DNA from: Chthonomonadaceae bacterium
GTDB taxonomy: Bacteria > Armatimonadota > Chthonomonadetes > Chthonomonadales > Chthonomonadaceae
Assembly: GCA_035650735.1 (NCBI GenBank)
Contig: DASRGZ010000055.1
Span: 1 to 34,065 of the forward strand
DNA: 34,065 nt
Reading direction: 5' to 3'
Below the pieces are notes generated by a model. That model was not told the DNA's origin. It was given only the letters and a program-made list of their open reading frames with translations, and searched no databases. Each line of letters opens with the position of its first letter. Positions within the stretch are counted from its first letter, which is position 1. Positions 8,932-17,225 of this stretch are shown here, piece after piece. The position numbers and the translations under genes are program-made.

Positions 8932-9152
8932 GAACGGTTTCTCCTGCGGCAGCGGGGTGCGGGGCCCTGGTATTGGATAGGGAACACGCGGCTTTCTCCC
9001 GACACGGCCCGCACTGGGTAAATCCAAACAAATCTAACCCCCGCTTAGTAACCTCGTCGCTTCCGAGATTAAAAACCTACGAAATTACTGCGAGGATGCG
9101 TTTAGGATCGCTTTCGTGCCCTGCCGGCGTTGTGAGTCGCACCCCCAGCCCT

Positions 9153-10613
9153 TTAATGCCGGAACTGAACGCCGATCACAGGAACAGGCTCACGGAACAG
9201 ATTGTCCGCTCCGATCCAGACCGAAGCATCACTATTTACCTTAAAAAGGCCCCGCACGTCAAGTCGCGGATGATTGGCGTCCCACAGATCGGCCCGCAAT
9301 CCCGCGCCCCGAATCGGCGTCCAGTCCAGCCCGATGCCCAGTTTCGAGGCATAGAGGCCGTAGCGTGCCGTCAGCGTGTCGCTAAACTGGTTGCCAAGCT
9401 GTAGGTTCAGCCGCGTGTTCTCCCCCAGGTCATACAGGCCCATATCCAAATAGTTGCGCCGTCCCAGCCCGAAGCGCGCATCCAGGTCTATCCGCAGGCG
9501 GCTGGGGTTGAACTGCTCCGAGACATTGCTGACCAATTCCGGATGCGGAATGCGCAGGCGGGGCACCCTGCTCTTGCCGCCAGGACCGACGAGGTTGCCC
9601 AGGATCGTATTTACCTTCTCCATAGCCTGCTGGGTCTCCTCGGTAGTGGCGCGCAGATTGGCGACGGTCGCCTTCAGGTCGGTTTGCAGTTCCGGACTGC
9701 CGGTCAACTGGTGGATGTCCGAGGCGATCTGGCTGAAGCGGGCCAGCGTAGTACGTGACAGTTCCACCGTCTCCTGCAGCGCCTGCTGTAAGCGCGGATC
9801 GGTCACCTCCTCGGTCAGCCTGGCCACGATGGTATTGACCTGATCCACCGTAGTGCCCACCTTCGTTAGCAGATCCAGCAGGTTATCGCTGAGCTTATTG
9901 AATTTGCCCTTCCCGCTCGCCACCAGTTCGCGCAGGTCGCGGCTAAGCTGAGCGGCGGTGACGCGGGTTGTGGCAGTCAGATCCTGGATGTTCTGCACCG
10001 AGGTCAGCAGCGAGGCCCGCAGCCGCTTATCGGTAACCAGCGTCTTGGTGGAGGTCACCGTCTCGTTGGCCGTCGTCAGCAGCCGGCTCGTCTGATCCAG
10101 GATCCGGTTGAGCTTGGTGGCGGCGACATTGATTTTGCGGTTGAGTTGATCAAAGGAGGTGGTAACTTTGGCGACGGTCTGTTCCAACTCCGGGCTGATG
10201 CTGGACAGCGCCCCCAGCGCCTGCCCTCCCTCCACCATCGCCGTGTTGTTCTTGGGCAGATAGGCCAGGGAGTTGCTGGGCTCGACCTCCACCGTCGGGT
10301 TGGTGATGAGTATGCCGGAGATGATATAGAACTTCGAGCCGTCCGGAATGCTATATTTGTTCTCGATGGAGAGGGCGACGACGGGCTTAAAGGGACGTCG
10401 GCTCGTGTCCAGAGTGATCTCCTTGACCTCGCCAATGACTACGCCCTGCATCCGCACGACGCTCTGGCGCAGCAACCCCTTCGTGTCGTCGAAGCGCACC
10501 CGAACGGTATAGGCGTTGGGATTAATATGCGATAGATAGAGATAGAGGCCGACGAACAGCGCGATTGCCACGACAACGACAGCGCCGACCTTTGCTACCG
10601 TTTTTGCGTCCAT
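9153..10613 (-). CDS. mlaD: MCE/MlaD family protein with a long helical region and a beta-rich C-terminal domain
   Basis: N-terminal TM segment, MCE domain (FDDTKGL..QSVVRMQGVVIGEV), coiled-coil-like middle, alternating hydrophobic strands at the C-terminus; in an operon with mlaF/E. Confidence 0.88.
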   Translation of the reverse strand: MDAKTVAKVGAVVVVAIALFVGLYLYLSHINPNAYTVRVRFDDTKGLLRQSVVRMQGVVIGEVKEITLDTSRRPFKPVVALSIENKYSIPDGSKFYIISGILITNPTVEVEPSNSLAYLPKNNTAMVEGGQALGALSSISPELEQTVAKVTTSFDQLNRKINVAATKLNRILDQTSRLLTTANETVTSTKTLVTDKRLRASLLTSVQNIQDLTATTRVTAAQLSRDLRELVASGKGKFNKLSDNLLDLLTKVGTTVDQVNTIVARLTEEVTDPRLQQALQETVELSRTTLARFSQIASDIHQLTGSPELQTDLKATVANLRATTEETQQAMEKVNTILGNLVGPGGKSRVPRLRIPHPELVSNVSEQFNPSRLRIDLDARFGLGRRNYLDMGLYDLGENTRLNLQLGNQFSDTLTARYGLYASKLGIGLDWTPIRGAGLRADLWDANHPRLDVRGLFKVNSDASVWIGADNLFREPVPVIGVQFRH

Positions 10614-10650
10614 GCCAGATGGTATCCTTTGCCGCAGGCGGAATGAGCGA

Positions 10651-11445
10651 TCAAGGGAGCAACGGGTCTGTAAGCTCCGGGGATTTGGCCCGCTGGATCG
10701 GCCTCTGCGCCCCGCCTTCCGGATGAATGAACTCCTGCACTCTGGGATCGGGCGACGCCTGCACCTCCTCCGGCGTGCCGTAGATAATGATCTCGCCTTG
10801 GTGGAGCATGGCGACCCGGTCCGAGATGCGGAAGATAGAGGGCAGATGGTGCGAGACGACCACAGAAGTCACTTCCAGCCGCTCGCGCGTCTCCATGATC
10901 AGCTCGTCAATGGCGTTGGCCGTGATGGGGTCGAGGCCGCTGGTCGGCTCATCGTAGAAGACGAGGGAGGGATTGATCGCCAGCGCCCGCGCCAGACCGA
11001 CCCGTTTCTGCATGCCTCCTGACAGTTCGGAGGGATACCGCTGCTCAATGCCTTCCAGCTTAACCTGCGCCAGCCGATCATGAACGATGGTATCCAGTTC
11101 CTGACGGGACACGCCCTTGCGATGGCGCACGACGCCGAAGACGATGTTATCGTAGACGGTCAGCGAGTCGAAGAGCGCGGCGTACTGGAAGACCAGCCCC
11201 ATCTTCAGCCGCACCTTATTCAGCTCCGTCTCCGACATCGGCGCAATATCTGCGCCATCAATCCAGATCTGGCCGGAGGTCGGTTTGAGCAGCCCCGTCA
11301 TCAGCTTCAGGAGCGTCGTCTTCCCGCTACCAGATTGGCCCATCACCGAGACAATCTCGCCGTGCTCGACATCCAGATGGACGTTGTTGAGTACCCGTTT
11401 CTGCGGCACGTCGTAGACCAGGTTACGGACGGAGATGGCGCTCAT
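10651..11445 (-). CDS. mlaF: Mla/Mce ABC transporter ATP-binding protein
   Basis: GQSGSGKT, FQYAALFDSLTV.DN, PSELSGGMQKRVGLARAL, YDEPTSGLDP. Confidence 0.93.
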   Translation of the reverse strand: MSAISVRNLVYDVPQKRVLNNVHLDVEHGEIVSVMGQSGSGKTTLLKLMTGLLKPTSGQIWIDGADIAPMSETELNKVRLKMGLVFQYAALFDSLTVYDNIVFGVVRHRKGVSRQELDTIVHDRLAQVKLEGIEQRYPSELSGGMQKRVGLARALAINPSLVFYDEPTSGLDPITANAIDELIMETRERLEVTSVVVSHHLPSIFRISDRVAMLHQGEIIIYGTPEEVQASPDPRVQEFIHPEGGAQRPIQRAKSPELTDPLLP

Positions 11446-11572
11446 GGGCGAACAACAAGCCTCACTTGGGAAGTAGCGGCGTCTGCCCCGATGGGATAGG
11501 TTCCAGTTTTGAGGGATTAAGGACCAGAACGTATCGGGAAGACGCGGCGTGCTGTCGGGCGGTTCCCTCTCT

Positions 11573-12403
11573 TCAGCGGCGCTGTATCTGGCCGGTCAGA
11601 ATCTGGGCCAGGAAGAAGTCGGTGATAAAGATCATCATGACGCCCAGCATCACCGAACTGGTGGTGGCCCGCCCTACGCCGCTCGCCCCACCGGAGGTGC
11701 GCAGCCCCTGCTGGCAGGAGATCAGGCCGACCATAAACCCGAACACCACGGACTTGATCAGGCCGCGCGTCATATCCACCGACTGGGCAAACTTGTAGAC
11801 CGAGTCGAGGAACAGGGCCGAAGAGACGCCGCTTCGCTCGGCGAACAGGTAGCCGCCCACCAGCCCGGCAAAATCGGCGATCACCGTCAGCAGCGGCAGC
11901 ATGATCAGGGAGGCCAGCACGCGCGGCAAGACCAGATACCGTATCGGCGAGACCGCCATGGCGCGCAGGGCGTCCACCTGCTCGGTGACGACCATCGTGC
12001 CGATCTCGGCGGCCATGGCGGCCCCGGCGCGCGCCGCAAAGGCCACCCCGCCCAGCACCGGCCCCAGCTCGTTCAGGAAGCCGTAGGCCAGCGTGCCGCC
12101 GACAAACTGCGTAAACCCGATGCTGGTGGCGAGCATGGCCGTATAGAAGGCGAACACGGCGCCGGTCGCCGTGGTGATGATGAGCACGATCCAGAGGGAG
12201 TCGGCGCCGACGACGGCCATCTGCTTGACGAGATCCCCCAGATAGACCCCCTCTCGCAGCAAAGTGCTCGCGGAACGCAGGGACAGCACCGCCATTTCGC
12301 CGAAGAACATCAGCGTTCCCGTCAGCGCATTGATCAGGCCGCGAAAGGGTTCCCGCCCTGCTGCCGGCTCGTTTGCTTGTTGGTGTCTTGCTGCCTCAGC
12401 CAT
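11573..12403 (-). CDS. mlaE: Mla/Mce ABC transporter permease
   Basis: ELGPVL, AEIGTMVVTEQVDALRAMAVSPIRYLVLPR, GVGRATT. Confidence 0.95.
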   Translation of the reverse strand: MAEAARHQQANEPAAGREPFRGLINALTGTLMFFGEMAVLSLRSASTLLREGVYLGDLVKQMAVVGADSLWIVLIITTATGAVFAFYTAMLATSIGFTQFVGGTLAYGFLNELGPVLGGVAFAARAGAAMAAEIGTMVVTEQVDALRAMAVSPIRYLVLPRVLASLIMLPLLTVIADFAGLVGGYLFAERSGVSSALFLDSVYKFAQSVDMTRGLIKSVVFGFMVGLISCQQGLRTSGGASGVGRATTSSVMLGVMMIFITDFFLAQILTGQIQRR

Positions 12404-12410
12404 GCGTCAT

Positions 12411-12439
12411 AGTATACCATCGGGTATACTGATTGTAAA
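12411..12439 (-). promoter_or_regulatory. Sigma70-type promoter for mlaEFD (TTTACA-17 bp-TATACT, extended -10 TG) overlapped by a palindrome
   Basis: Minus strand reads TTTACA atcagtatacccgaTGg TATACT atgacgc ATG. Inverted repeat AGTATACC-ATCG-GGTATACT at 12411-12430. Confidence 0.6.
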
Positions 12440-12577
12440 GGAGACGGACGATGTATCAGCCCACCGCAGGGCTTGTCAACGGAGCGGCCTTGTAATTGGC
12501 GTTTCTCATCCGTGATCCGAGGGAAGCCCTTACTTCTGGAGATACTCCAGGCGCGAGGAGAGGAGGCCATGCAATAA

Positions 12578-12616
12578 GGGCGGGACCGGCATGAGTATTT
12601 CACGCCAATCCCGCCC
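12578..12616 (-). terminator. Possible stem-loop downstream of the 12683 gene
   Basis: GGGCGGGA...TCCCGCCC arms with additional inner pairing; the U-tract is weak. Confidence 0.3.
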
Positions 12617-12682
12617 CTGGGGTCTGCCCTCCAGCCGCCATCGCCGGCGCGGGAGGCAGAGATTGCGATCCTAGAGCCAGCG

Positions 12683-13513
12683 TTACGGGTTGGTCACCCG
12701 ATCCGCCGTGTTCTGGGTGCCCGTAGACACCTTATCCGCCTGGTTCTCGAGGGCCGTCTTGGTGCGATCCATCTCGTTCTCGGCAGCAACGACCGTGCTG
12801 GAGATAGGATCGGTGCGGTTGACGTCGCGCTCCCGCTCATGCTCGGATGCGGTGCGCGCGGCGGAGCGCTCCTCCGCTGCCACGGAGCTAGCCGTCCGCT
12901 GCGCTTCATTCATGGTACCGACCGTTCCTGCTGTGGCAGTCGTCGTAGCATCGTAGGTCTTGGTGGGGGGCGTGAGGTCGCTGTAGCGGCTGGCATATTC
13001 GGGCGCCACATAGGAGGGCGTGTTGTAGCCCGAGTAAACCATAGCGCCGCCCTGCAGGATCTGCTGCACGCGCGCCTCATCGCCCGGATGCGCGGCAACA
13101 GCCACGACGATGCCGCCTGCGGCCAGGCCCCGCTCATAGTAGGGAGCGACTTCTTCCGGCACGCCCAGGCTGGTCAGCCAGCCGATAATGGTTCCGGCCA
13201 GGCCGCCCATGCCCGCGCCGGCCCACATCGCCGCCAGCGGTCCCGCCGCTATCAGGCCCACGCCGGGAATCGCTACCGTGCCGGCAGCCAGGATAAGGCC
13301 GAGCACGCCGCCGATGATGCCGCCGACGATGCCGCCCGTGCCCACATCCGCCATCGTGCGGGTGCCGGTTTCCGCCGCGACCTCCTGGGCCGCGCCGCGA
13401 TCCTTCATGATAATGCTGATCTCATTCTCGGTGTAGCCGATCTGCTTGAGTTGATTGACAGCGTTCTCCGCTGCCTCCTGGGTGTCAAACAACCCTGTGA
13501 TCAGGTTCGCCAT
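12683..13513 (-). CDS. General stress protein 17M-like membrane protein with a glycine-zipper segment
   Basis: GLFDTQEAAENAV..L...GY....ISII, GGIVGGIIGG..G, AAGPL, LGVPEE.A.YYE..L..GG; GAGGAG RBS. Confidence 0.8.
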   Translation of the reverse strand: MANLITGLFDTQEAAENAVNQLKQIGYTENEISIIMKDRGAAQEVAAETGTRTMADVGTGGIVGGIIGGVLGLILAAGTVAIPGVGLIAAGPLAAMWAGAGMGGLAGTIIGWLTSLGVPEEVAPYYERGLAAGGIVVAVAAHPGDEARVQQILQGGAMVYSGYNTPSYVAPEYASRYSDLTPPTKTYDATTTATAGTVGTMNEAQRTASSVAAEERSAARTASEHERERDVNRTDPISSTVVAAENEMDRTKTALENQADKVSTGTQNTADRVTNP

Positions 13514-13793
13514 CTTGCTGTCTCCTCTGGCTCTCCTTCAGCTATGGCTCAAGGTCGCCGGTTTGCGTCCGCCTCTTTGCATTAAGGCGGAAACCCTGCG
13601 TTCCAGCAACGGCCACCGCCGCTTTTGGTAGGCAGGGAATTTGCTCATGAGACGCATTGGCTTCTCCCCCGGTTCCCGAACTTTGGGTGATGAGCCGGAT
13701 ACAACCTCCCGCCAAAAACCCGTTGGAACCACCCGCTACGCTAGAGGCACGGAGACACAGAGGAAAAACAAAGACGGAGAAAAGCAAAAGCCA

Positions 13794-13894
13794 TTTAGAC
13801 AGGATGAACAGGATTTACGGGATTACGGAGAGAGGGAGAAGTAAGGCTTCTCTATGTGGTGGAAATCCGATTAATCCCGTTAGTCCTGTCTAAA
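13794..13894. repeat. Inverted repeat built from ~9-bp ACAGGATTA-like units
   Basis: TTTAGACAGGATGAACAGGATTTACGGGATT (13794-13824) pairs imperfectly with AATCCGATTAATCCCGTTAGTCCTGTCTAAA (13864-13894). Confidence 0.75.
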
Positions 13895-13916
13895 CGGTCG
13901 CCTGCGGGTGAAGCGG

Positions 13917-14444
13917 CTATTTTCGATAGCGGGAGAGCTCGCCTGCGGTCACGCGTCGATTCTGCCCGTTGGCCGTCAGGATCATATAGTAGCCATCGGG
14001 CAGCGGGCGGGTGCTCCACATCAAGAGGGTTTTCCCGGCGTTGGGGATCGCTTTCATCTTCTTGCCGGAGAGGCTCTTGTTGATCTGATACTCCTTGTTA
14101 GAGACCGGGCAGATAAAATTGCCGCTCGATAAGCGATAGTGGGCCAATTGCTCGTGCAGTTTTTCGGGCGAGACGAGCGTGGGCAGATGCCCGTCGTTAT
14201 CCGAGGTATACAGGGCCAGGGCCAGGCTGATCCGCTGCAGATGGCTCCGGCAGAGCTGCTGTAGGCGCAGGTTCTGGTAGCGCTGATAAGCGTTTAGCAT
14301 GATGCGGCGGCGGGTCTGCTGCCCTTGCAGCAGCGGGCTGGCGACCCAGAGCAGCCCCAGCGCCAGAGCAAAGGGCGCCAGGAGGCGAGTAAGCTGTCTG
14401 CGGCGGACAGCGGCATGCGAGAGGAAAAGTGCAGGTAGGTGCAT
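13917..14444 (-). CDS. Exported/membrane-anchored protein with a DUF1559-like domain
   Basis: Hydrophobic N-terminal segment followed by CRSHLQRISLALALYTSDNDGHLP...FICP...YQIN..L, resembling the C.SNLKQIGLA..MY..DYD..LP pattern. Confidence 0.6.
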   Translation of the reverse strand: MHLPALFLSHAAVRRRQLTRLLAPFALALGLLWVASPLLQGQQTRRRIMLNAYQRYQNLRLQQLCRSHLQRISLALALYTSDNDGHLPTLVSPEKLHEQLAHYRLSSGNFICPVSNKEYQINKSLSGKKMKAIPNAGKTLLMWSTRPLPDGYYMILTANGQNRRVTAGELSRYRK

Positions 14445-14615
14445 TGCAGTAACTCCTCAGAGCAAACGCCGGGCAGGTTCTACCCAATTCGCCCGACGCA
14501 GCGTCGGTATAAGGCGTTAGATGGCCGGTCGGATACTGCCTGCGGGGCGCCCTGGCGCCAACGGAGCCAGTTCCCAGCTTCTAGAAATTTTGATAGCAAA
14601 AATGATGCCACTGCG

Positions 14616-15218
14616 CTAGGGCTTGTGCCGAGCCAGGAGGCGGCGCAGCCAACCGGTTCGGGGCGGCGCAGGATCGGTATCCGGGCCGGCTTCCGGCGAA
14701 GGCGGCATGGTGGGCTGCAGCAGCGCGTCGGCGTGCGACGGGCCACCCTGCGCTGCCCGCAGCAGCTGCTCGGCAGGCGCTGCCGGGGCCGCTGCGCCAC
14801 GCAGCAAGGCTTGCTGCGCCTCCCAGGACTCCAGCACCGCCCGCGCCGCCTCCACGATCTCCGGCGTCCCATCGTGGAAGCACTCCTGGCAGAAGGAGTC
14901 CACCTCCACGCCGTTCTGCCGCAGCCGCAGGGCGCGCTCGGCGGGCGTATGCTGCGGGTCAAGCAGCAGAGCATAGGGCTGAAACACTTCCAGCAACTGG
15001 CGGCGCTGCGTATCAGAAAGGAACAGATACGCCGCCGGCTCACCCAGGGTGACAACCCGCGTGGGAAGCGCTCCCGAACGATAACGCAGTATCTTGACAA
15101 GGCGCAGCCAGTTGGGAAATTCGGCCAGCAGGCGCTCGACCTCATCCCAATCCACGCGCGGCAGCTCCTCCAGATGCTGCACCAGACGGACAACGTTGGC
15201 GATTTTCTCGGCGCTCAT
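14616..15218 (-). CDS. Hypothetical protein
   Basis: ATG overlaps the udk stop (ATGA); GC3-rich codons; no recognisable motif. Confidence 0.65.
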   Translation of the reverse strand: MSAEKIANVVRLVQHLEELPRVDWDEVERLLAEFPNWLRLVKILRYRSGALPTRVVTLGEPAAYLFLSDTQRRQLLEVFQPYALLLDPQHTPAERALRLRQNGVEVDSFCQECFHDGTPEIVEAARAVLESWEAQQALLRGAAAPAAPAEQLLRAAQGGPSHADALLQPTMPPSPEAGPDTDPAPPRTGWLRRLLARHKP

Positions 15219-15838
15219 GGGCAAGAGCCATTTCTGCGGGCGCGAATGACGGCGGCAACCATCGGCGCAATGCGCTCAAAATCGGCATCGCCGCGCAGGA
15301 TCAGATCGGCATGGCAGCGCGAGGGCTCGACGTGGCGGGCGTGGCCGACGCGGGCGCACTCCCGGTAGTAGGTGACGATAAAGTTGGGGTCGGTATTGCC
15401 GCGCGCGCCCGACATATCGCGCAGCAGGCGGCGCAGGGCGCGCTCATCGGCATCCAGCTCGATAAAGAGCCGCAGGTCCAGCCGTTCCCGGATGATCGGC
15501 ACGCACAGGGCCATCAGCCCCTCGACGATCAGCACGTCGGGCGCATCCTCTGCCGTGCGCCGGGCCTCCAGGTCGGCCACCAGGCGGGCGTTGTCGGCAG
15601 ACTCAGGATGGTTATTATCGGCCATCTGCCTGCCGGTGGAGGGGGAGATAAAGGTCGGCCCACCCTCCGTGCCGCGATAGAAATAGCGGTCCATGCCCAA
15701 TACCTCGGCCCGCAGCGGCGGTTCCCCGGCGGCTAAAGTACGGACAAGCGCGGCGGTAAAGGTAGATTTGCCGGAGGCAGAGCCGCCCGCAATACCGACG
15801 ATAAAGCTCTTAGGTTTGCAAAAATCGCTGGAAGTCAT
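15215..15838 (-). CDS. udk: Uridine kinase family protein
   Basis: IVGIAGGSASGKST, MDRYF, NHPES.D, LIVEGL, R.LRRLLRD, VEPSR..ADLI. Confidence 0.8.
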   Translation of the reverse strand: MTSSDFCKPKSFIVGIAGGSASGKSTFTAALVRTLAAGEPPLRAEVLGMDRYFYRGTEGGPTFISPSTGRQMADNNHPESADNARLVADLEARRTAEDAPDVLIVEGLMALCVPIIRERLDLRLFIELDADERALRRLLRDMSGARGNTDPNFIVTYYRECARVGHARHVEPSRCHADLILRGDADFERIAPMVAAVIRARRNGSCP

Positions 15839-15859
15839 GCCAGGTGTCTCGTCCCTTCG

Positions 15860-16897
15860 CTACCTGCCGCCCAACATTCCCTGCGCGACCGTGAAGAAAT
15901 AGAGATGGCGCTCCTGGTCGTTGTTCTGGGCGGTCAGAACCAGGATGCCGTCCTTGCCCTCGTTTTTGGGGTCGCCGACGCGCACGTCGAGGACGCGGCC
16001 CGGCAGCGGCTCGCTGCGCCAGGCTTCTTCCAGATCCTCGGTACGGCAGCCCCAGAAGGTTTTGTCCCGGCTGCCAAACTTCGGGACGTAGACAACCAGC
16101 CGGTCGCCGACGGTGGCGTTAGGATAGTCGGGCAGGCCGGCGGGCTTGCCGCGCAGCAGGCCGATCATCCACTTGTTGCGATTGCTCCAGAAGGACTGCG
16201 CATAGCGCACGCCGGGCACCAGAGCCAGGGCCTCCGCGCCGGGAAAGTCCTGCGTGCCGACCCCGAAGCGCACGTAGCCGTTGCCATCCTCCGGCGGTTC
16301 GCCCGCCGAAGGATGCACGTCCTTGTCGCCAACCTCGTAGGCGATGGCCTTATCGCCCGCGCCGGTCAGCAATTGATCGGGGGATTTCTCCAGCAGGATC
16401 GCCAGCTTCGTGTCCGTTGGCGATTCAAACAGGCGCGCAAACGTGCCGCCCGTCCATTCGTAGATGCCTTCGGTCGTTACGATCTGCTGCGCAACGGGCG
16501 GGGACGCCTTGCCTTTGGCCGGTTTCGGGAGGGAGGAGGCCGTGCGGAAATGGCCGACGAGCAGCACGTCCAGAATATTGTTGCCCAGGAACTCGGTCGA
16601 AAAGTCCGTAGCGAACTTGAAGCCGTCCCAGTGGGTGATCAGCAGCTTACGCCGAGCGTCGTTGCGGTCTTTGCCGCCGACCAGCATCAGGAGGCTGTTA
16701 TGCTTCTCGGCGGTGACCTGGCCGATCTCGATGAGCTTGACCGGATCGGGCAGCGGCATCTCCCAGGCGAGCCGGAACTGAACTGCGAAGCCATTGAAGG
16801 GCCGGTTTCCGGACGTGGCCTGCGCCAGCGCGCCGGATGCGCCCAGCACCGCCAGGCCAAGCATGATCAGCAGAGAAGCAAAGCATCGGTATTTCAT
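15860..16897 (-). CDS. Hypothetical secreted protein
   Basis: Signal peptide MKYRCFASLLIMLGLAVLGASGALA; beta-rich; one FG-GAP-like GDPKNEGKDGILV segment. Confidence 0.75.
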   Translation of the reverse strand: MKYRCFASLLIMLGLAVLGASGALAQATSGNRPFNGFAVQFRLAWEMPLPDPVKLIEIGQVTAEKHNSLLMLVGGKDRNDARRKLLITHWDGFKFATDFSTEFLGNNILDVLLVGHFRTASSLPKPAKGKASPPVAQQIVTTEGIYEWTGGTFARLFESPTDTKLAILLEKSPDQLLTGAGDKAIAYEVGDKDVHPSAGEPPEDGNGYVRFGVGTQDFPGAEALALVPGVRYAQSFWSNRNKWMIGLLRGKPAGLPDYPNATVGDRLVVYVPKFGSRDKTFWGCRTEDLEEAWRSEPLPGRVLDVRVGDPKNEGKDGILVLTAQNNDQERHLYFFTVAQGMLGGR

Positions 16898-16998
16898 AGC
16901 GCTAATTTCCACGAGAAGGCCGATATTCCTCCTCACCGCGCAAAATGGGCTTTTGCGGTCCCGGCAAGGACATAATCGCCTTGCCGTGCGCGTAGATA

Positions 16999-17101
16999 AC
17001 CCAAGTTGCTACCTAGGAACACGTTTGAGAGAGAATCGCTCTGGAAACCGGCTTTTGCATCACCGTTTGCCTTCTCGAAGAGGCAAGGTAGCAACTTAAG
17101 T
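16999..17101 (+). mobile_element. 103-bp MITE copy 1, 16-bp imperfect TIRs, flanked by TAGATA direct repeats
   Basis: ACCCAAGTTGCTACCT...AGGTAGCAACTTAAGT; TAGATA at 16993-16998 and 17102-17107; 102/103 identical to the reverse complement of 33583-33685. Confidence 0.9.
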
Positions 17102-17225
17102 TAGATACTTATGTAGCCGTGCTGCCCAGGTTCGTAGAAACTCCCTCTTGGGAGACTACGGACTTTGAGGATTGACCGGCTTAGAAGAAACCGCTGGGAG
17201 TGCGGGGCAAAGCAAGGGAGAGCCG

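Noticed and set aside
9040..9110. AT-richer stretch with CCTCG/CGAGG and TTAG flanks as a possible MITE
   Set aside because: The inverted match is too short and there is no second copy in the window.
12450..12479. Perfect TTGACA on the minus strand upstream of mlaE
   Set aside because: No good -10 at 16-18 bp spacing; the downstream TTTACA/TATACT pair fits better.
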